Source: an uncultured delta proteobacterium (GTDB lineage: Bacteria; Desulfobacterota; RBG-13-43-22). From it: DNA of 64,000 bases. This document shows positions 49,116 through 60,516 of this stretch, piece after piece. Below the pieces are notes generated by a model. The model was given only the letters and a program-made list of their open reading frames with translations, was not told the DNA's origin and did no database searches. Made by a program: the position numbers and the translations under genes. Numbering within the stretch: position 1 is the stretch's first letter; every line of letters begins with the position of its first letter. The DNA lies in the NCBI GenBank assembly GCA_963802945.1, contig CAWDKY010000032.1:77797-141796 (forward strand), given 5' to 3'.

Positions 49116-50360
49116 GTGAAATTTAAAATATTCTATGGCTGGTACATCGTTATTTCCGGTGCTGTTTTGGCCTTTTTTTTCGGTTCAATGGTCGGTTATG
49201 GTTGGACCGCTTTCCTGACCCCCATCATGACCACATTCGGCTGGAGCATGGCCCAAATTTCGCTGGCTTCTTCTCTGCGTAGCCTGGAAATAGGCGTTTT
49301 TAATCCGCTGTGGGGGCCGGCAGTTGACCGCTGGTCACCCAAGTGGTTAATGAGAATTGGAGTCGTTTGTGCGGCCCTGGGGTTATTTTGCTTAAGCCGG
49401 ATGCAGAATCTGGTTGTGTACTACCTCGGTTTCCTCCTGGCCGGTATCGGGAGTTCACTCGTAACCGGGATGCTTCCTCTGGTCGTGATATCCAGATGGT
49501 TTAGAAAAGATATCGGCAAGGCCAATGGTCTGTTTTTTATGGGTGCCGGGCTTGGTGGGGTGGCGATTCCCTTAGTGGTAACCGTCATAGACCATTTAGG
49601 TTGGCGGACAACACTTCTTTACACATCCATCGGATTTTTGCTTCTGGGCCTATCGTTGTCCTTTGTTTTTCGCAGCCGCCCCGAAGAATATGGATATCTT
49701 CCTGATGGGAAGGCCTCTGGTGAGTCGGAAAAGCCGGAATCTTCTTTTACACCAGAATTCGGCACAAGCGTTAAGGAGGCGCTCAAAATGCGGGCCTTTT
49801 GGCATATCGCCGTGGTGACCTTATTTCAAAATGCCACTATGAGCACCGTCATGTTATATGCCTTTCCCTACCTAACCCAGCTTGGCAAGACCAGAGCAAC
49901 TGCAGGAACCCTGGTCATGCTTTATACCTTTGTGAGCCTTTTTGGACGTGTCCCTTTTGGCATACTGGCTGATATGTTCAAAAAAAGTCATGTGACCGCC
50001 GTCTCTCTAATCCTTCAGGTGGTCGGCCTATGCCTATACTCGCAAATGGAAGGGACAAGCCCATTCTGGCTCATCGTCCTCTTCGCCATTCCCTATGGAT
50101 TAGGGGTCAGTGGAGTCCTGCCTCTCAGGGCGCCGCTTCTATCCGAATATTTTGGACTGAAGAACTTTGGAACTATTATCGGTCTGACGAGTGTATTTAT
50201 TGCAGTAGGGAATGTACTCTCTCCCCCGTTGGCCGGATGGATGTATGATACCTATCATAATTATAACATCTGGTGGAATGTGCTGATTGTTTTTGGGATT
50301 ATAGCCGTTATCGCCATCCTAACTATTCCACAACCACCAAAGAGGGTTGAAAACGGATAA
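49116..50360 (+). CDS. MFS transporter (monocarboxylate/OFA-like)
   Basis: About 12 TMs, FYGWYIV, GPAVDRWSPK, PEEYGYLPDG. Confidence 0.92.
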   Translation: MKFKIFYGWYIVISGAVLAFFFGSMVGYGWTAFLTPIMTTFGWSMAQISLASSLRSLEIGVFNPLWGPAVDRWSPKWLMRIGVVCAALGLFCLSRMQNLVVYYLGFLLAGIGSSLVTGMLPLVVISRWFRKDIGKANGLFFMGAGLGGVAIPLVVTVIDHLGWRTTLLYTSIGFLLLGLSLSFVFRSRPEEYGYLPDGKASGESEKPESSFTPEFGTSVKEALKMRAFWHIAVVTLFQNATMSTVMLYAFPYLTQLGKTRATAGTLVMLYTFVSLFGRVPFGILADMFKKSHVTAVSLILQVVGLCLYSQMEGTSPFWLIVLFAIPYGLGVSGVLPLRAPLLSEYFGLKNFGTIIGLTSVFIAVGNVLSPPLAGWMYDTYHNYNIWWNVLIVFGIIAVIAILTIPQPPKRVENG

Positions 50361-50535
50361 CTAATCTTTCCAAATGATCATCACGGATTGCCCATTTCCG
50401 ATACAAAAACACCTGACTTTTTTGGATTACAGAAGATCTTTCCGTTAAAACCACCAATATATACTGTTTCAGACGAGTTAATTTGACACGAAAAATCCCT
50501 TAATAGTATTCTAGACCCCAAATAAAACTTCCCAT

Positions 50536-50565
50536 AAAAAAAGAGGCCCGAAGGCCTCTTCTTTT
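50536..50565. terminator. Bidirectional intrinsic terminator
   Basis: AAGAGGCC-CGAA-GGCCTCTT with flanking A and T runs between convergent genes. Confidence 0.8.
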
Positions 50566-50605
50566 GGGATCATTAGTTTATGCTTATGGCCTTCCTGCGT
50601 CTCGA

Positions 50606-52331
50606 TCAATTACCCAATTTTTTAGCCTTTTGCATGAATTCATCCAGACGTTTCCGGATGGCGATTTTATCGTACTTGCCCACGCTCGTTTTGGGTATAT
50701 CGTCATAAAAGCCGACAAAGACCGGGAGCATCCAACGGGTTATCTTGCCCTTGGCGACGCCTTCCTCTTCCAAAAATTTCCAGACATCTTCTTCTTTGGC
50801 CTGGGCGCCGGGCGCCAATTTAATCATGGCCATCGGTCGTTCTCCCCACTTCTCATCGGGGACGCCGACATAGGTGGCTTCCAGAACAAAGTCGGCGTTG
50901 GCGGTCAGGTTCTCCAGAAGTACGGTTGGTACCATCTCGGCACCGCTTCGGATGACGTCGGTTATTCGATCGGCGATAATGATGTATCCGTCAGTGTCCA
51001 CTTTGGCGGCGTCACCGGTATGGAACCAGCCGTCCCGCCAGGCGGCAGCGGTCTTTTCCGGGTCATTAAAGTATTGTTCCATAATCCAGTGCCCTCTCAG
51101 GATGATTTCACCCATCGTCTGGTTGTCGTGGGGCACCGGTTTTCCATTTTCATCTACCACTTCAGCTTCAATGCCCAGATTTGGCAAACCGGTTTTTACC
51201 CTGACCTGGTCTAGGTCCTCTTTGCTCCAATTGACCATGTAACGTTTAAGGGTTGGATTCAATACCCCGGCTGCGGTTTCAGACATCCCGTATCCCGAGG
51301 AGGCGGTCAATCCAGGAAAGACCTTCTCGGCCTTGGCTTTCAGACCATAGGGCAAGGCGGCCCCGCCGGCCACTATGTTGGTCAGACTGCTCAGGTCATA
51401 CTTGTTGAAGTCCGGGTATTCCAGGAGCATGGCCAGCATGGTGGGGACTACCAAGGTACTGGTCACTTTTTCTCTTTCCACCAGCTCACAGAAACTTTCC
51501 GGAGTAAACCGGCTGGGAAAGACGATCTTACTGACCAAACACGTAAAACCAGGGTGCTCCCCAGGCATGGATGTGGAACAGCGGGATATTCACCAAAGGC
51601 ACATTAATCACCGGATCCGGCGGGTCATCGGGCAATCTGGGAGTCATTTGAAGCCCGGCAGTCAGATGGATACTTTGCAGATAGAGTTGGCGATGGTTAA
51701 AGGTAATCCCTTTGGGCAGTCCGGTTGTGCCGGTAGTGTAATAGAGCACCGCAGGGGTGTCTTCAGATAGATAAGGCCAGTCAAACTCTTTGGGCTGGTC
51801 TTTAATCAGTTCTTCGTAATCATAAAGAGGTTCAACTTTTGATTGAGGTTTTCCCGGACGGTCGGACATATAGACAAACATCTTGACCGTGGATTTTATT
51901 CTATCGTAGATCATCTCCACCAGAGGTAGAATCAGGTCGTCCACGAAGATGACCTTGTCCCCGGAGTGGGTTATGGTGTGGACCATATGGTCAAGGGATA
52001 GCCTCATATTAATCGGGTGGGCTACAGCACCGATACAGGCAGGTGCGTAGCAAAGTTCCAGATGCCGATGGTGATTGAGGGCCATGGTGGCCACCCGATC
52101 GCCGGGCTCCCCCGGCTTTCCCGGCTTGATTCCCAATTTCAGCAGGGCATGGGCGAGCTGGCAGGTTCGCTCGTACCACTGTCGCCAGGTAAACCTGAAA
52201 TATTCACCGGCATCATTCCGATAAACAATACCGATATCATCCGGATACATATTTAACGGCCTTTTCATAAAGGTAGTCAGGAGTAACGGATACCGTGAGC
52301 TGAATTCGGGGTAGGTTGTTTTTTTCGTCAT
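50606..52331 (-). CDS. Fatty acyl-CoA ligase (AlkK/DmdB-like), frameshift near 51540
   Basis: YTTGTTGLPKG, GYGMSET, GWFHTGD, PKTSVGK in two frames. Confidence 0.9.
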
Positions 52332-53227
52332 ACTAAATCGCTCCCTTCTTTATATATTTCCTATAATTAGAACATTCCAAGAAAGACTACTAACCTTTGT
52401 TCTGGGTATGAAAAAATTCTCTGAATTTCCGATCAATGAACAGACTGATAATATTTAATTTAATTTGGGGCTGTAAAGATTGTCAAGATAAATTTAGAAA
52501 CCTCATTCCTGTTGACCAGGAGCGGGTTATAAGGTTCGGATTTATATCTTCTTGACACCCAATGGGGTATTTTCTATACTTTATTTTACTGACTGAGATG
52601 ACCTCGAAGAGGGTATTTGAAAAGGCGGGGAGAAAAGTATCTTTCCCAAAATTGCGGGATTCCCGCCCTCAGGGAAGGCCTCGATCGAGAAGAAAAAAAG
52701 ATAAGTTAAAAGAAGGGAGGTAAATACCCAACGTGGAGCAAGTAAAACTTTTTGAGTACATCGAATCCCAAGTCGCTCAAATGGGCGGGGGAGTAAAAAG
52801 AGGGAGTTATTACCAAGAAAGAACTTGAAGCGGCTCAAGAAATCAGGGTATCCATACGGCCGACTAATCATATAGGCAGTACGGAGCTGTTTACCCTGCG
52901 CAAGCTGAAGCCCGAAGAATATCACCTGATGCTGGTTGCCGTTCCAAGAAAAAAAAGTAGTGTTTATTGAAAAACTTAACCTGTTTGAGAAATCATAAAA
53001 AGATGAAACTGTTGGCCGAATGATAAGTTCCATTCTGTCTGAATTACCGTGAAACCGTTAACCTTTAATGCGAAAATAAAAATTAAGAATCCAGAATTCA
53101 GGAGTCAGAATTCGGAAAAAAAACTTTTAATCACCTGATTCTAATGTTTATTTTCCTGTTTCGTGGTGCCTACCACAAGCGGGCATGAGGATTTAATCAG
53201 AAACCCTAAATAAAGAAGGAGGTTGTT

Positions 53228-54718
53228 ATGATTAGGACGGCAAAACAGTATGTGGAAAGCTTGAACGACGGAAGGGAGATCTATCTCGAGGGCAAAAAGA
53301 TCCCCGATATAACCAAAGACCCGTTGTTTAGGGGAGGAATCAACGCCAGGGCCTACTCCTATGAACTTTGTAATCACCCGGCATTTAAGGACCTGCTTAC
53401 CATGGGGGAGGGCAAGGACAAATACCTGTTCCTCTGGAACCAACCCAAAACAAAGGAAGACCTCGTTAGACGGAGGGATGTCTATATCACTTGCATGCGC
53501 TGGGGTGCGGCCATGAGCGGTATGGGACCGGATGCCCTGGCCGCCTCCGGGGTTACTGCGGCCAGATGCGATAAGGCCTTGGGTACTCATTATACAGAGG
53601 CGGTTGAGGATTACCGCAAGCATTTGAGAGAAACAGACCCGGCCATTACCGGGGCCATAACCGACGTCAAAGGGAACCGAAGCCTTCGGCCCTCGGCCCA
53701 GGAACAGCACAAGGATTTCTATGTGCGGGTAGTTGACAGGCAGAAAGACGGCATTTATGTTCAGGGGGCCAAGATTCATATCAGCGCCACCCCTACTTGT
53801 AATGAATTGATCGTTTCTCCTTCCCGTGCCCACCGGGAGGAGGATAAGGACTATGCCTTGGTTTTCGCCACCCCGGTCAATGCCAAGGGGATCAAACTGA
53901 TTACCACACCGCCACATGTTCATGAACTCGATGATGAAGAGGCTCAATGGAATTGGCCGTTACATGGACGGGGGAAGGGGGTCAGTGAATGCTTGATCGT
54001 TTTTGATAATGTCTTCGTTCCCTGGAACCGGGTTTTCCTGTGCGGCGAATATCAGTTTTCCAGGGACCAGGCCTGGATGTTCGGCGTTTTCCATCGCCTT
54101 TTCGGCACCTGTCACAAAGTCATCTCCACGGAAGAGGCAGCCGGGGCCGCAGCCCTGATGGCCGAATACAACGGTCTGGATCGTTATCCCCACATCCAGG
54201 AAAAACTGGCCTGGCTGGCCATGCACGCCCAATTAGTGGACGCCATGTCCAGGGCCGGTGTTGAACATCCCGACATTTTCCCGGATATCGGGTTGGCCAC
54301 CCCAGGCCAAATGTATACCAATATCGCCAAGTATCTTTTTGCCAACGATCAGCATGAACAGTCTAAGGTCTTGGCGGATATGGCCGGCGGCCTGGCCACT
54401 ACGGTATTTTCTTATAAGGACTGGATGAATAAGGAAGAAAGACCATATATTGAGAAATATCTGGCCGGGAAAGACGGCATACCGACCGAAAACCGGCTCA
54501 AGGCCTTTCGCTTGGTCAAAGATTTAGTTGGGCATGGTCTGGATGGGGCCTATATTCACACCGAAGGCTCCCTGGCTGCCCAGAAAATGGCCATTTTCGC
54601 CAATGCCCCTTGGGAAAAATATAAGGCCATTGCCAAACGGGTCGCTCAGATCCCGGGATGGGAAACGAATCCCGATTTAAAAGATCTACCTCCGCTTCCG
54701 ACCAAATGGGTCATTTAG
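53228..54718 (+). CDS. AbfD/HpaB-family flavoprotein, paralog 2
   Basis: Same motifs as 42945-44489 (TDVKGNRS, GAKIHIS, HRLFGTC, HTEGS). Confidence 0.85.
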   Translation: MIRTAKQYVESLNDGREIYLEGKKIPDITKDPLFRGGINARAYSYELCNHPAFKDLLTMGEGKDKYLFLWNQPKTKEDLVRRRDVYITCMRWGAAMSGMGPDALAASGVTAARCDKALGTHYTEAVEDYRKHLRETDPAITGAITDVKGNRSLRPSAQEQHKDFYVRVVDRQKDGIYVQGAKIHISATPTCNELIVSPSRAHREEDKDYALVFATPVNAKGIKLITTPPHVHELDDEEAQWNWPLHGRGKGVSECLIVFDNVFVPWNRVFLCGEYQFSRDQAWMFGVFHRLFGTCHKVISTEEAAGAAALMAEYNGLDRYPHIQEKLAWLAMHAQLVDAMSRAGVEHPDIFPDIGLATPGQMYTNIAKYLFANDQHEQSKVLADMAGGLATTVFSYKDWMNKEERPYIEKYLAGKDGIPTENRLKAFRLVKDLVGHGLDGAYIHTEGSLAAQKMAIFANAPWEKYKAIAKRVAQIPGWETNPDLKDLPPLPTKWVI

Positions 54719-54740
54719 CCATTTAATTCATTTTTAGCCA

Positions 54741-54779
54741 AGGAAGCCCCGTCATGCGGGATGGGGCTTCCTGTTTTTT
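54741..54779 (+). terminator. Intrinsic terminator
   Basis: AGGAAGCCCC...GGGGCTTCCT followed by a T run. Confidence 0.8.
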
Positions 54780-54787
54780 ATCAACGC

Positions 54788-55744
54788 CTATTGGCCGGCG
54801 GCTTCCTTTTCCCCCATACGAGTCAAGCCCGACCAGTGGACGCACTCCAGCCCTTCTTCCTTTGCCGCACACACCAATTTCTCCATAGTCTCCTCCGGAA
54901 TCAATCCCTCTTTTTCCAGATTCCAGTTGAGCCCCAACCTTTGATATTTTGAGGCGCAGGTATTGTTAAAAGCCAGAAGATCGTATCGTTCCACGGTTGG
55001 AAGGTTTCCCTTTATGAATCGAGCTGACTGTCTGATATTTTCCACCGAGTCATTGACCCCTGGAATAATAGGGGTGCGTACCCACATGGGCTTGCCTGTT
55101 TTCGATATTTTGCGGGCGTTTTCCAACACTAGATTTAGAGGGATGCCGGTAAATTTTCGGTGCTTTGCACTGTCCATTGTTTTGAGATCATAGAGGACCA
55201 GGTCAGCGAGGTTCACCAGTCTTTGCAAGGTCGGCCACTTTGTTCCCCCGCAGGTGTCTAGGGCCAGGTGTATTTTTTCCTTTCTTAATCTCTCCATCAG
55301 AGCCACGGAAAAATCGGCCTGCAAGGAGGCTTCGCCGCCGGATAAGGTGACGCCCCCATCAGATTTCTCATAAAACACCCGATCCTGCAACGCTTTGGCA
55401 GCCAGTTCATCGACTGTATAGCTTTTTCCGATCACCTCCAGGGCGCTGGCCGGGCAGGCCGTAGCACATTGTCCACAGGCATCGCAACGCTTCCGATTGA
55501 TAATCAGCCCATCAGGCGTCAGATTCAGGGCCTCCTTGGGACAGGCCTTCAAACAGTCTTTAGCACCCAAACAGCGCATTTCATACCAGATCAGTTCCGG
55601 CGAGGGTTTTATCCCTTCGGGATTATGGCACCAGGGACAGCGCATAGAGCAGCCCTTGAAAAATAGGGATGTCCGTATTCCAGGCCCATCCTCGGTGGAA
55701 TGCAACTGGATGTTAAAAACCATACCTGTTAAATCTGTTTTCAT
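54788..55744 (-). CDS. Glycyl-radical enzyme activating enzyme with ferredoxin-like insert
   Basis: DGPGIRT, CSMRCPWCHNPE, CDACGQCATACP, GGVTLSGGE. Confidence 0.96.
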   Translation of the reverse strand: MKTDLTGMVFNIQLHSTEDGPGIRTSLFFKGCSMRCPWCHNPEGIKPSPELIWYEMRCLGAKDCLKACPKEALNLTPDGLIINRKRCDACGQCATACPASALEVIGKSYTVDELAAKALQDRVFYEKSDGGVTLSGGEASLQADFSVALMERLRKEKIHLALDTCGGTKWPTLQRLVNLADLVLYDLKTMDSAKHRKFTGIPLNLVLENARKISKTGKPMWVRTPIIPGVNDSVENIRQSARFIKGNLPTVERYDLLAFNNTCASKYQRLGLNWNLEKEGLIPEETMEKLVCAAKEEGLECVHWSGLTRMGEKEAAGQ

Positions 55745-55824
55745 ATAAAACTCACGCTCGCCTTAGCGAGCACTACTAAAATAAAAAAGGATCCAATGTT
55801 AGTGAATACGAACAGATGTTGTCT

Positions 55825-57640
55825 TCAGTTACTCCTATAGAGAGCCTCCAACTGTTCCCCGTATTTCTTCCTCACATTTGCTCTTTTGAGCTTCATGGTC
55901 TGAGTGAGCATATCATTATCCAAGGTGAAATCTTCCGCGAGGAATAAAAACTTTTGCGGCACTTCATAGCCACCGTAGGTTTTGCGCAGGTGCGCGATAA
56001 TATCCTTGGACAGGTAGTCCTGCAACGTTATTTCCTTTAGGGATTCTTCCAGGGTGCCTTTCAACAGCGGCTTGATGTTCGGATCCGCTTGCAGCGCTGC
56101 AAAGTCGGGCACAACGATGGCCACATTGTAGTCTTTGCCGTCGCCGTAAAGCATCACATTGAGAACATATCTCAAGAGCTTCACTTCATTTTCAATGCCT
56201 TCCGGGTGGACGTACTTGCCGTTGGCCAGTTTGTATTCGTCTTTGAAGCGGCCGGTAATGTGCAGGAAACCTTCTTCATCGATCCAGCCACGGTCGCCGG
56301 TGCGGATGCCGGGGAAACCGTTCCATTTATCCGGCATCATGACTTCCGCCGTCTGATTTGGCTTATTGAGGTAGCCCATCATCACATGAGCACCGTAAGC
56401 GATGATTTCGCCATCAGGGCTGTCTTCACCCACACGTGATTTATCGATCACCACGTGCATGTTTTTCACGACTTTGCCAACGGTTCCGTATTTGTTGCCG
56501 TATTTGGGCGAGTTCATGGTGAGTGATGGGACCTGTTTCCGTGATCCGTAGCCATCAAACGTCGGCTGGCCGATATCTTTAAAAAAGAGAGCGATTTCCG
56601 GTTTCATCAGTGCGCTGCCGGTAACGAAGAATTTCAGATTCCCGCCGAAAACATTGCGGACCTGAGAAAAAACCAGCGCGTCGTAATCTTTGAATTCTTT
56701 TGTTTTCTCAGGAAGATCTCTGTTTTTAATCGCTTCGGCAACGGCTGCGTCAAAAAACTGTTTTTTAACCGGATCGGCGGCAACGCCTTGCTGTATCGTA
56801 TCATAAACCTTGTTGACGATACGCGGAACCACAGCAAAGCCCTGTGGGTTTGACTTCCGCAAAATTCTGAATCAGCTTTTCCACGGATTCGGCAAAAGCA
56901 ATGCCGCCGCCGCAAAGGACGTAATCGTGGAGGTCGGCGGCCAGGCCAAAGACGTGCGCCCAGGGAAGAATGGCTACCACATGCATGGTTTCATCCAGAT
57001 CGAACATATCCACACCGGACGCGCGGCATAAAGTAAGAGTCCCGTGAGAAAGCATTACGCCCTTTGGATCGCCGGTGGTGCCGGAGGTATAGACGATGTT
57101 GGCCAAATCCGACCAATGGGGTTTCACGGAAGGTGTGGGGTTTTTCCTGCCCATCTCTTCCAGGGCGTTCAGAGAGTTCTCGCCTTCACCGTAAACGACG
57201 AAGATATCCTTCAACGTGGGTATTTCTTTTTTGAAATCCTTGACTTTGTCATAAACACTGGCATCCCGGACAAACAGAAACTTAATCTCGGCGTCGGTGA
57301 TGATGTACTGCATGACTTTCTGAAGTTCCTGCAGGTACATGGGAACGAAAACACCGCCCAGACCGTGGACAGCCTGTTCGCAAATATACCATTCCGAGCA
57401 GTTGTTGAGGATAACGCCGACTTTCTCGCCTTTGGCTAAACCGAGTTTTTTCAGGGCGCCCCGAAGATTATTGACCCTGTCGGCAACTTGTTTGTAGGTT
57501 ACCCATTCATACTGTCCGGAAGCCGGGTTCTTTGTGCCGAAAAGTCTGTTGTTCGGCCACTTGGCCACGCTTTGCTCAAATAAATCGACCAGGTTATTCG
57601 GGCTGTCATACACGGAATTAATGTCTAATTCTTTTGTCAT
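55825..57640 (-). CDS. Long-chain acyl-CoA synthetase, frameshifted
   Basis: YTSGTTGDPKG, LPWAH, GYG, TGD, NGKYVHPE, TMKLKR. Confidence 0.9.
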
Positions 57641-57854
57641 AATTTCACCTCGTTGGGTAAGATATATAGTTCCCCCCTTATGAAAAAATGCAGGGGAATC
57701 CTCTATTTATTATAGAGCGATATTACCTATGTTTCAACAATTAAGGAATGATGTCCTTAAATTTAACAAGGTTTGTCGCAGATGTGTTCCTCCTTACTAA
57801 TCTAAATCCCAAAATATTTTTATGTGGCTACACCAGGGGCGTGAAAATTCAACC

Positions 57855-57936
57855 GTCATTCGCGAAAACGGGAACCCAGTCAAATCAAAGAACTGGATCC
57901 CGGATCGTCTCGTACTTGATACGGAACCGGAATGAC
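57855..57936. repeat. REP-like palindromic element
   Basis: GTCATTC-GCGAAAACGGGAACCCAG...CTGGATCCCG...GGAATGAC. Confidence 0.7.
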
Positions 57937-58026
57937 AGGAAGGTTTTTCTGATTAGTGCCCCGCGGTAGACCGCAGGGCATGGAGGTTGTTCTTAAAATA
58001 TCGAGGTCTCTAAGACATCAATATTT

Positions 58027-60474
58027 TTATATATCAAATTCTGTCCGGGCAATAATGTCGTCCTGAAGCGCTTTGGACAGGTCGACAAAACGATAGGAAT
58101 ATCCTGAAACCTTGACCATCAAATCCGGATAGTCGCCGGGATTTTTTTGCGCATCTAACAGCGTCTCTCGGCCCATGGGATTAAACTGGACCTGCCTGCC
58201 CCCCATTTCAAAATAACCTTCAATCAGGGCAGCGAATTTCTCTATATTCTCATCTGTTTTCAGCGTCAGAGGATTGAGGTTCATGTTCAAGGCCGTGCCG
58301 CCGGATAACTTCGCCAGGCAGGCCTGCGCAGCCGAATGGAACGCAGCAGTCATTCCCATGATATCCGTGCCGTTAGCTGGAGACATACCGTTGGCGACAG
58401 CTTCGCGGGCCAATCGGCCGTCCGGCGTTGCGCCGAGGGCGTGGCCAGCTAGAACCTGTCCGCCTGCGGAGATCATGAGTCCCCTGTATGTGCCGCCGTC
58501 CATAGGTCTTTTGTGTTTCCGGGATTCCTTGTCCAGTAAATCGGTGATCCACAGGGCAATGGCGTCGGCCTTCAGATCGTTGACGCCGTACTTGGGTGCC
58601 TTGCGGAGCAATTGTTGTCTCAATTCTTCAGCCCCTTTGAAATTATTCCGCAGATGGCCAACCAGTTCTTCCAAAGTCACCAGTTTTTGGTCAAAAACGG
58701 CCCACTGAATCGCCGCTAGAGAATTGACCACCGTGGCCAGGCCGTGGGCCGAAACGGTGCTATGATTGTATTTGGCCCCCCCTTGAGTAATGTCTCGGCC
58801 CGATTCGATGCAGCCCTCGATGGTGGACGATATAAGCGGCGTGGGGAAACCTTTGGCGAAGATATCGTCCTTCACGTCGCTGATCTTGACCATCATGGAT
58901 ACGGAATTGGCCAACTGGATCGCAAAGACCTTTTTCACATCCTCAAAAGACTTCATTTCAGAAGCCGGAGGTGTTTTCACGCCTACCTGTTCCCATTTGG
59001 CGGCATATATGCGACCCTCGTTAAGGGTCGATTCAACGACTCGTTCGAAGTGGCAAGTGCTGCCTGAACAATAGCCGTTGCTGTTTCCCGTCCCGGCCAG
59101 TTCGGCACAGCCGATGATGCTGTAATCCCTGGCGTCTTCGATGGCATATCCGTCCGCCATCAAGTCTCGGATGGCCACCGTGTCGTTGTAAAAAGCGATG
59201 CCGGCTGTCCGCCGGTGAACTTCGCAGGCCTTTAGCAGGAATTCCCTGGGTGTAATATGGGCAATCCTGACGGCCAAACCGTTGCGCAAGCCCTTCAACC
59301 GCCTTAAGCTTTCCAGCATCAGGTAGGAGACGTCGTTGACGGCGTTTTTGCCGTTCCGGCCCATCCCTCCGATGGTGACGTTATTGGGACCGAACCCGTT
59401 AAAATGGGACAGGTTAATAAAATATTCTTCGATGATCTCAAGGGCCTCGTCTTTCGTAATCCGCCCGGCTTCCAAGTCTGCCTTGTAATAGGGATAAAGA
59501 AACTGATCAACACGGCCGGGACAGAATATGGAATCTTCACCGTAGCTGATGGCCATCACCACCTGGGTCATCCAGACGGACTGCACGGCTTCCATAAAGC
59601 TGCGGGGAGGCCCCGCCGGCACCCGGCGGCAGCGATCGGCGATGGCCAGCAGTTCCGCTTTCCTTTCCCCTTCCGATTTTTGTGCCATCTCTTCTGCCAA
59701 TTTGGCATAGCGTTCGGCGTGTATGCAAACAGCCTTGGCCGCCACCTGAACGGATTCCAAAAAGTCCTTACGCATTTCGTAGCCCTTATCACCCTTTTTC
59801 AGCAGGCTGAGTTGCTTGGCCGCCTGGTCGGCAATCCCCTTAAATCCCAGGTCGAGGACTTTTTTAATACCGACGGTGACATGCCCCTGCATATCAGCCA
59901 CCTCGGCTACGGTGGTCCTGGGCCGTTCTTTGGAAATGAAGCCTTCTTTCAGGAATTGGGCGCGCATGATACTCGCCATGTTTTTGCCCACCCAATAAGG
60001 GTCGATTTCCTCCTTCACCTCCCTGATCTCTTCATCCGGCATGGTGAGCAGTTCCTTCAACCACTCCGGGTTGCCGCCGTGGCCGTCTTCCAGCCAGCCG
60101 AGGGAATCGACGTCCTGGCCGTGAAAAGGCATGGCAATCATATTGACACGATCCATATAGGTTCTTTCTATTCCCATGGGTCCGGCGATCTTCTTGCTCG
60201 CTTTTACCCCAACCAGTCTCGAATCATCTTCAATCCTAATGGACATATAGCGAAGTGTTTCCTCAAGTCCTCTGGCTGCGCGCATGCTGGGCAACTCGCC
60301 TTCCGTGCCCTTATAGGCCCTGGTATAATACCTGGCCCGTTCAATGTCCCCTTCATAGGGACTGGCCAACAACGCCTCTCTCATCCGGCTGATCCTTTCC
60401 GAATAAAGCATGCCTTGATCAGCAACGCCTGATATAGACTTACCTGTTTGACTGACTTGTGCTGCTGCTTCCAT
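58027..60474 (-). CDS. Glycyl radical enzyme (PFL-like family), substrate unknown
   Basis: Cys loop IIGCAE, TPDGR, Gly loop MVKVSGYS...QDDIIART; activase encoded nearby. Confidence 0.93.
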   Translation of the reverse strand: MEAAAQVSQTGKSISGVADQGMLYSERISRMREALLASPYEGDIERARYYTRAYKGTEGELPSMRAARGLEETLRYMSIRIEDDSRLVGVKASKKIAGPMGIERTYMDRVNMIAMPFHGQDVDSLGWLEDGHGGNPEWLKELLTMPDEEIREVKEEIDPYWVGKNMASIMRAQFLKEGFISKERPRTTVAEVADMQGHVTVGIKKVLDLGFKGIADQAAKQLSLLKKGDKGYEMRKDFLESVQVAAKAVCIHAERYAKLAEEMAQKSEGERKAELLAIADRCRRVPAGPPRSFMEAVQSVWMTQVVMAISYGEDSIFCPGRVDQFLYPYYKADLEAGRITKDEALEIIEEYFINLSHFNGFGPNNVTIGGMGRNGKNAVNDVSYLMLESLRRLKGLRNGLAVRIAHITPREFLLKACEVHRRTAGIAFYNDTVAIRDLMADGYAIEDARDYSIIGCAELAGTGNSNGYCSGSTCHFERVVESTLNEGRIYAAKWEQVGVKTPPASEMKSFEDVKKVFAIQLANSVSMMVKISDVKDDIFAKGFPTPLISSTIEGCIESGRDITQGGAKYNHSTVSAHGLATVVNSLAAIQWAVFDQKLVTLEELVGHLRNNFKGAEELRQQLLRKAPKYGVNDLKADAIALWITDLLDKESRKHKRPMDGGTYRGLMISAGGQVLAGHALGATPDGRLAREAVANGMSPANGTDIMGMTAAFHSAAQACLAKLSGGTALNMNLNPLTLKTDENIEKFAALIEGYFEMGGRQVQFNPMGRETLLDAQKNPGDYPDLMVKVSGYSYRFVDLSKALQDDIIARTEFDI

Positions 60475-60516
60475 ACCTAATACCTCCTCATATTTTTACA
60501 TGTATTTGTGTTCATC

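Noticed and set aside
52732-52998. Possible small frameshifted + strand gene after a GGAGG RBS (VEQVKLFEYIES...EKLNLFEKS*)
   Set aside because: It needs several frameshifts and has no recognisable family, so support is too weak to call.
59404-60432. Long antisense ORFs (e.g. 59404-60432, 22835-23635, 9862-10572, 2757-3419)
   Set aside because: They are shadows of well-supported genes on the opposite strand and have no recognisable motifs.
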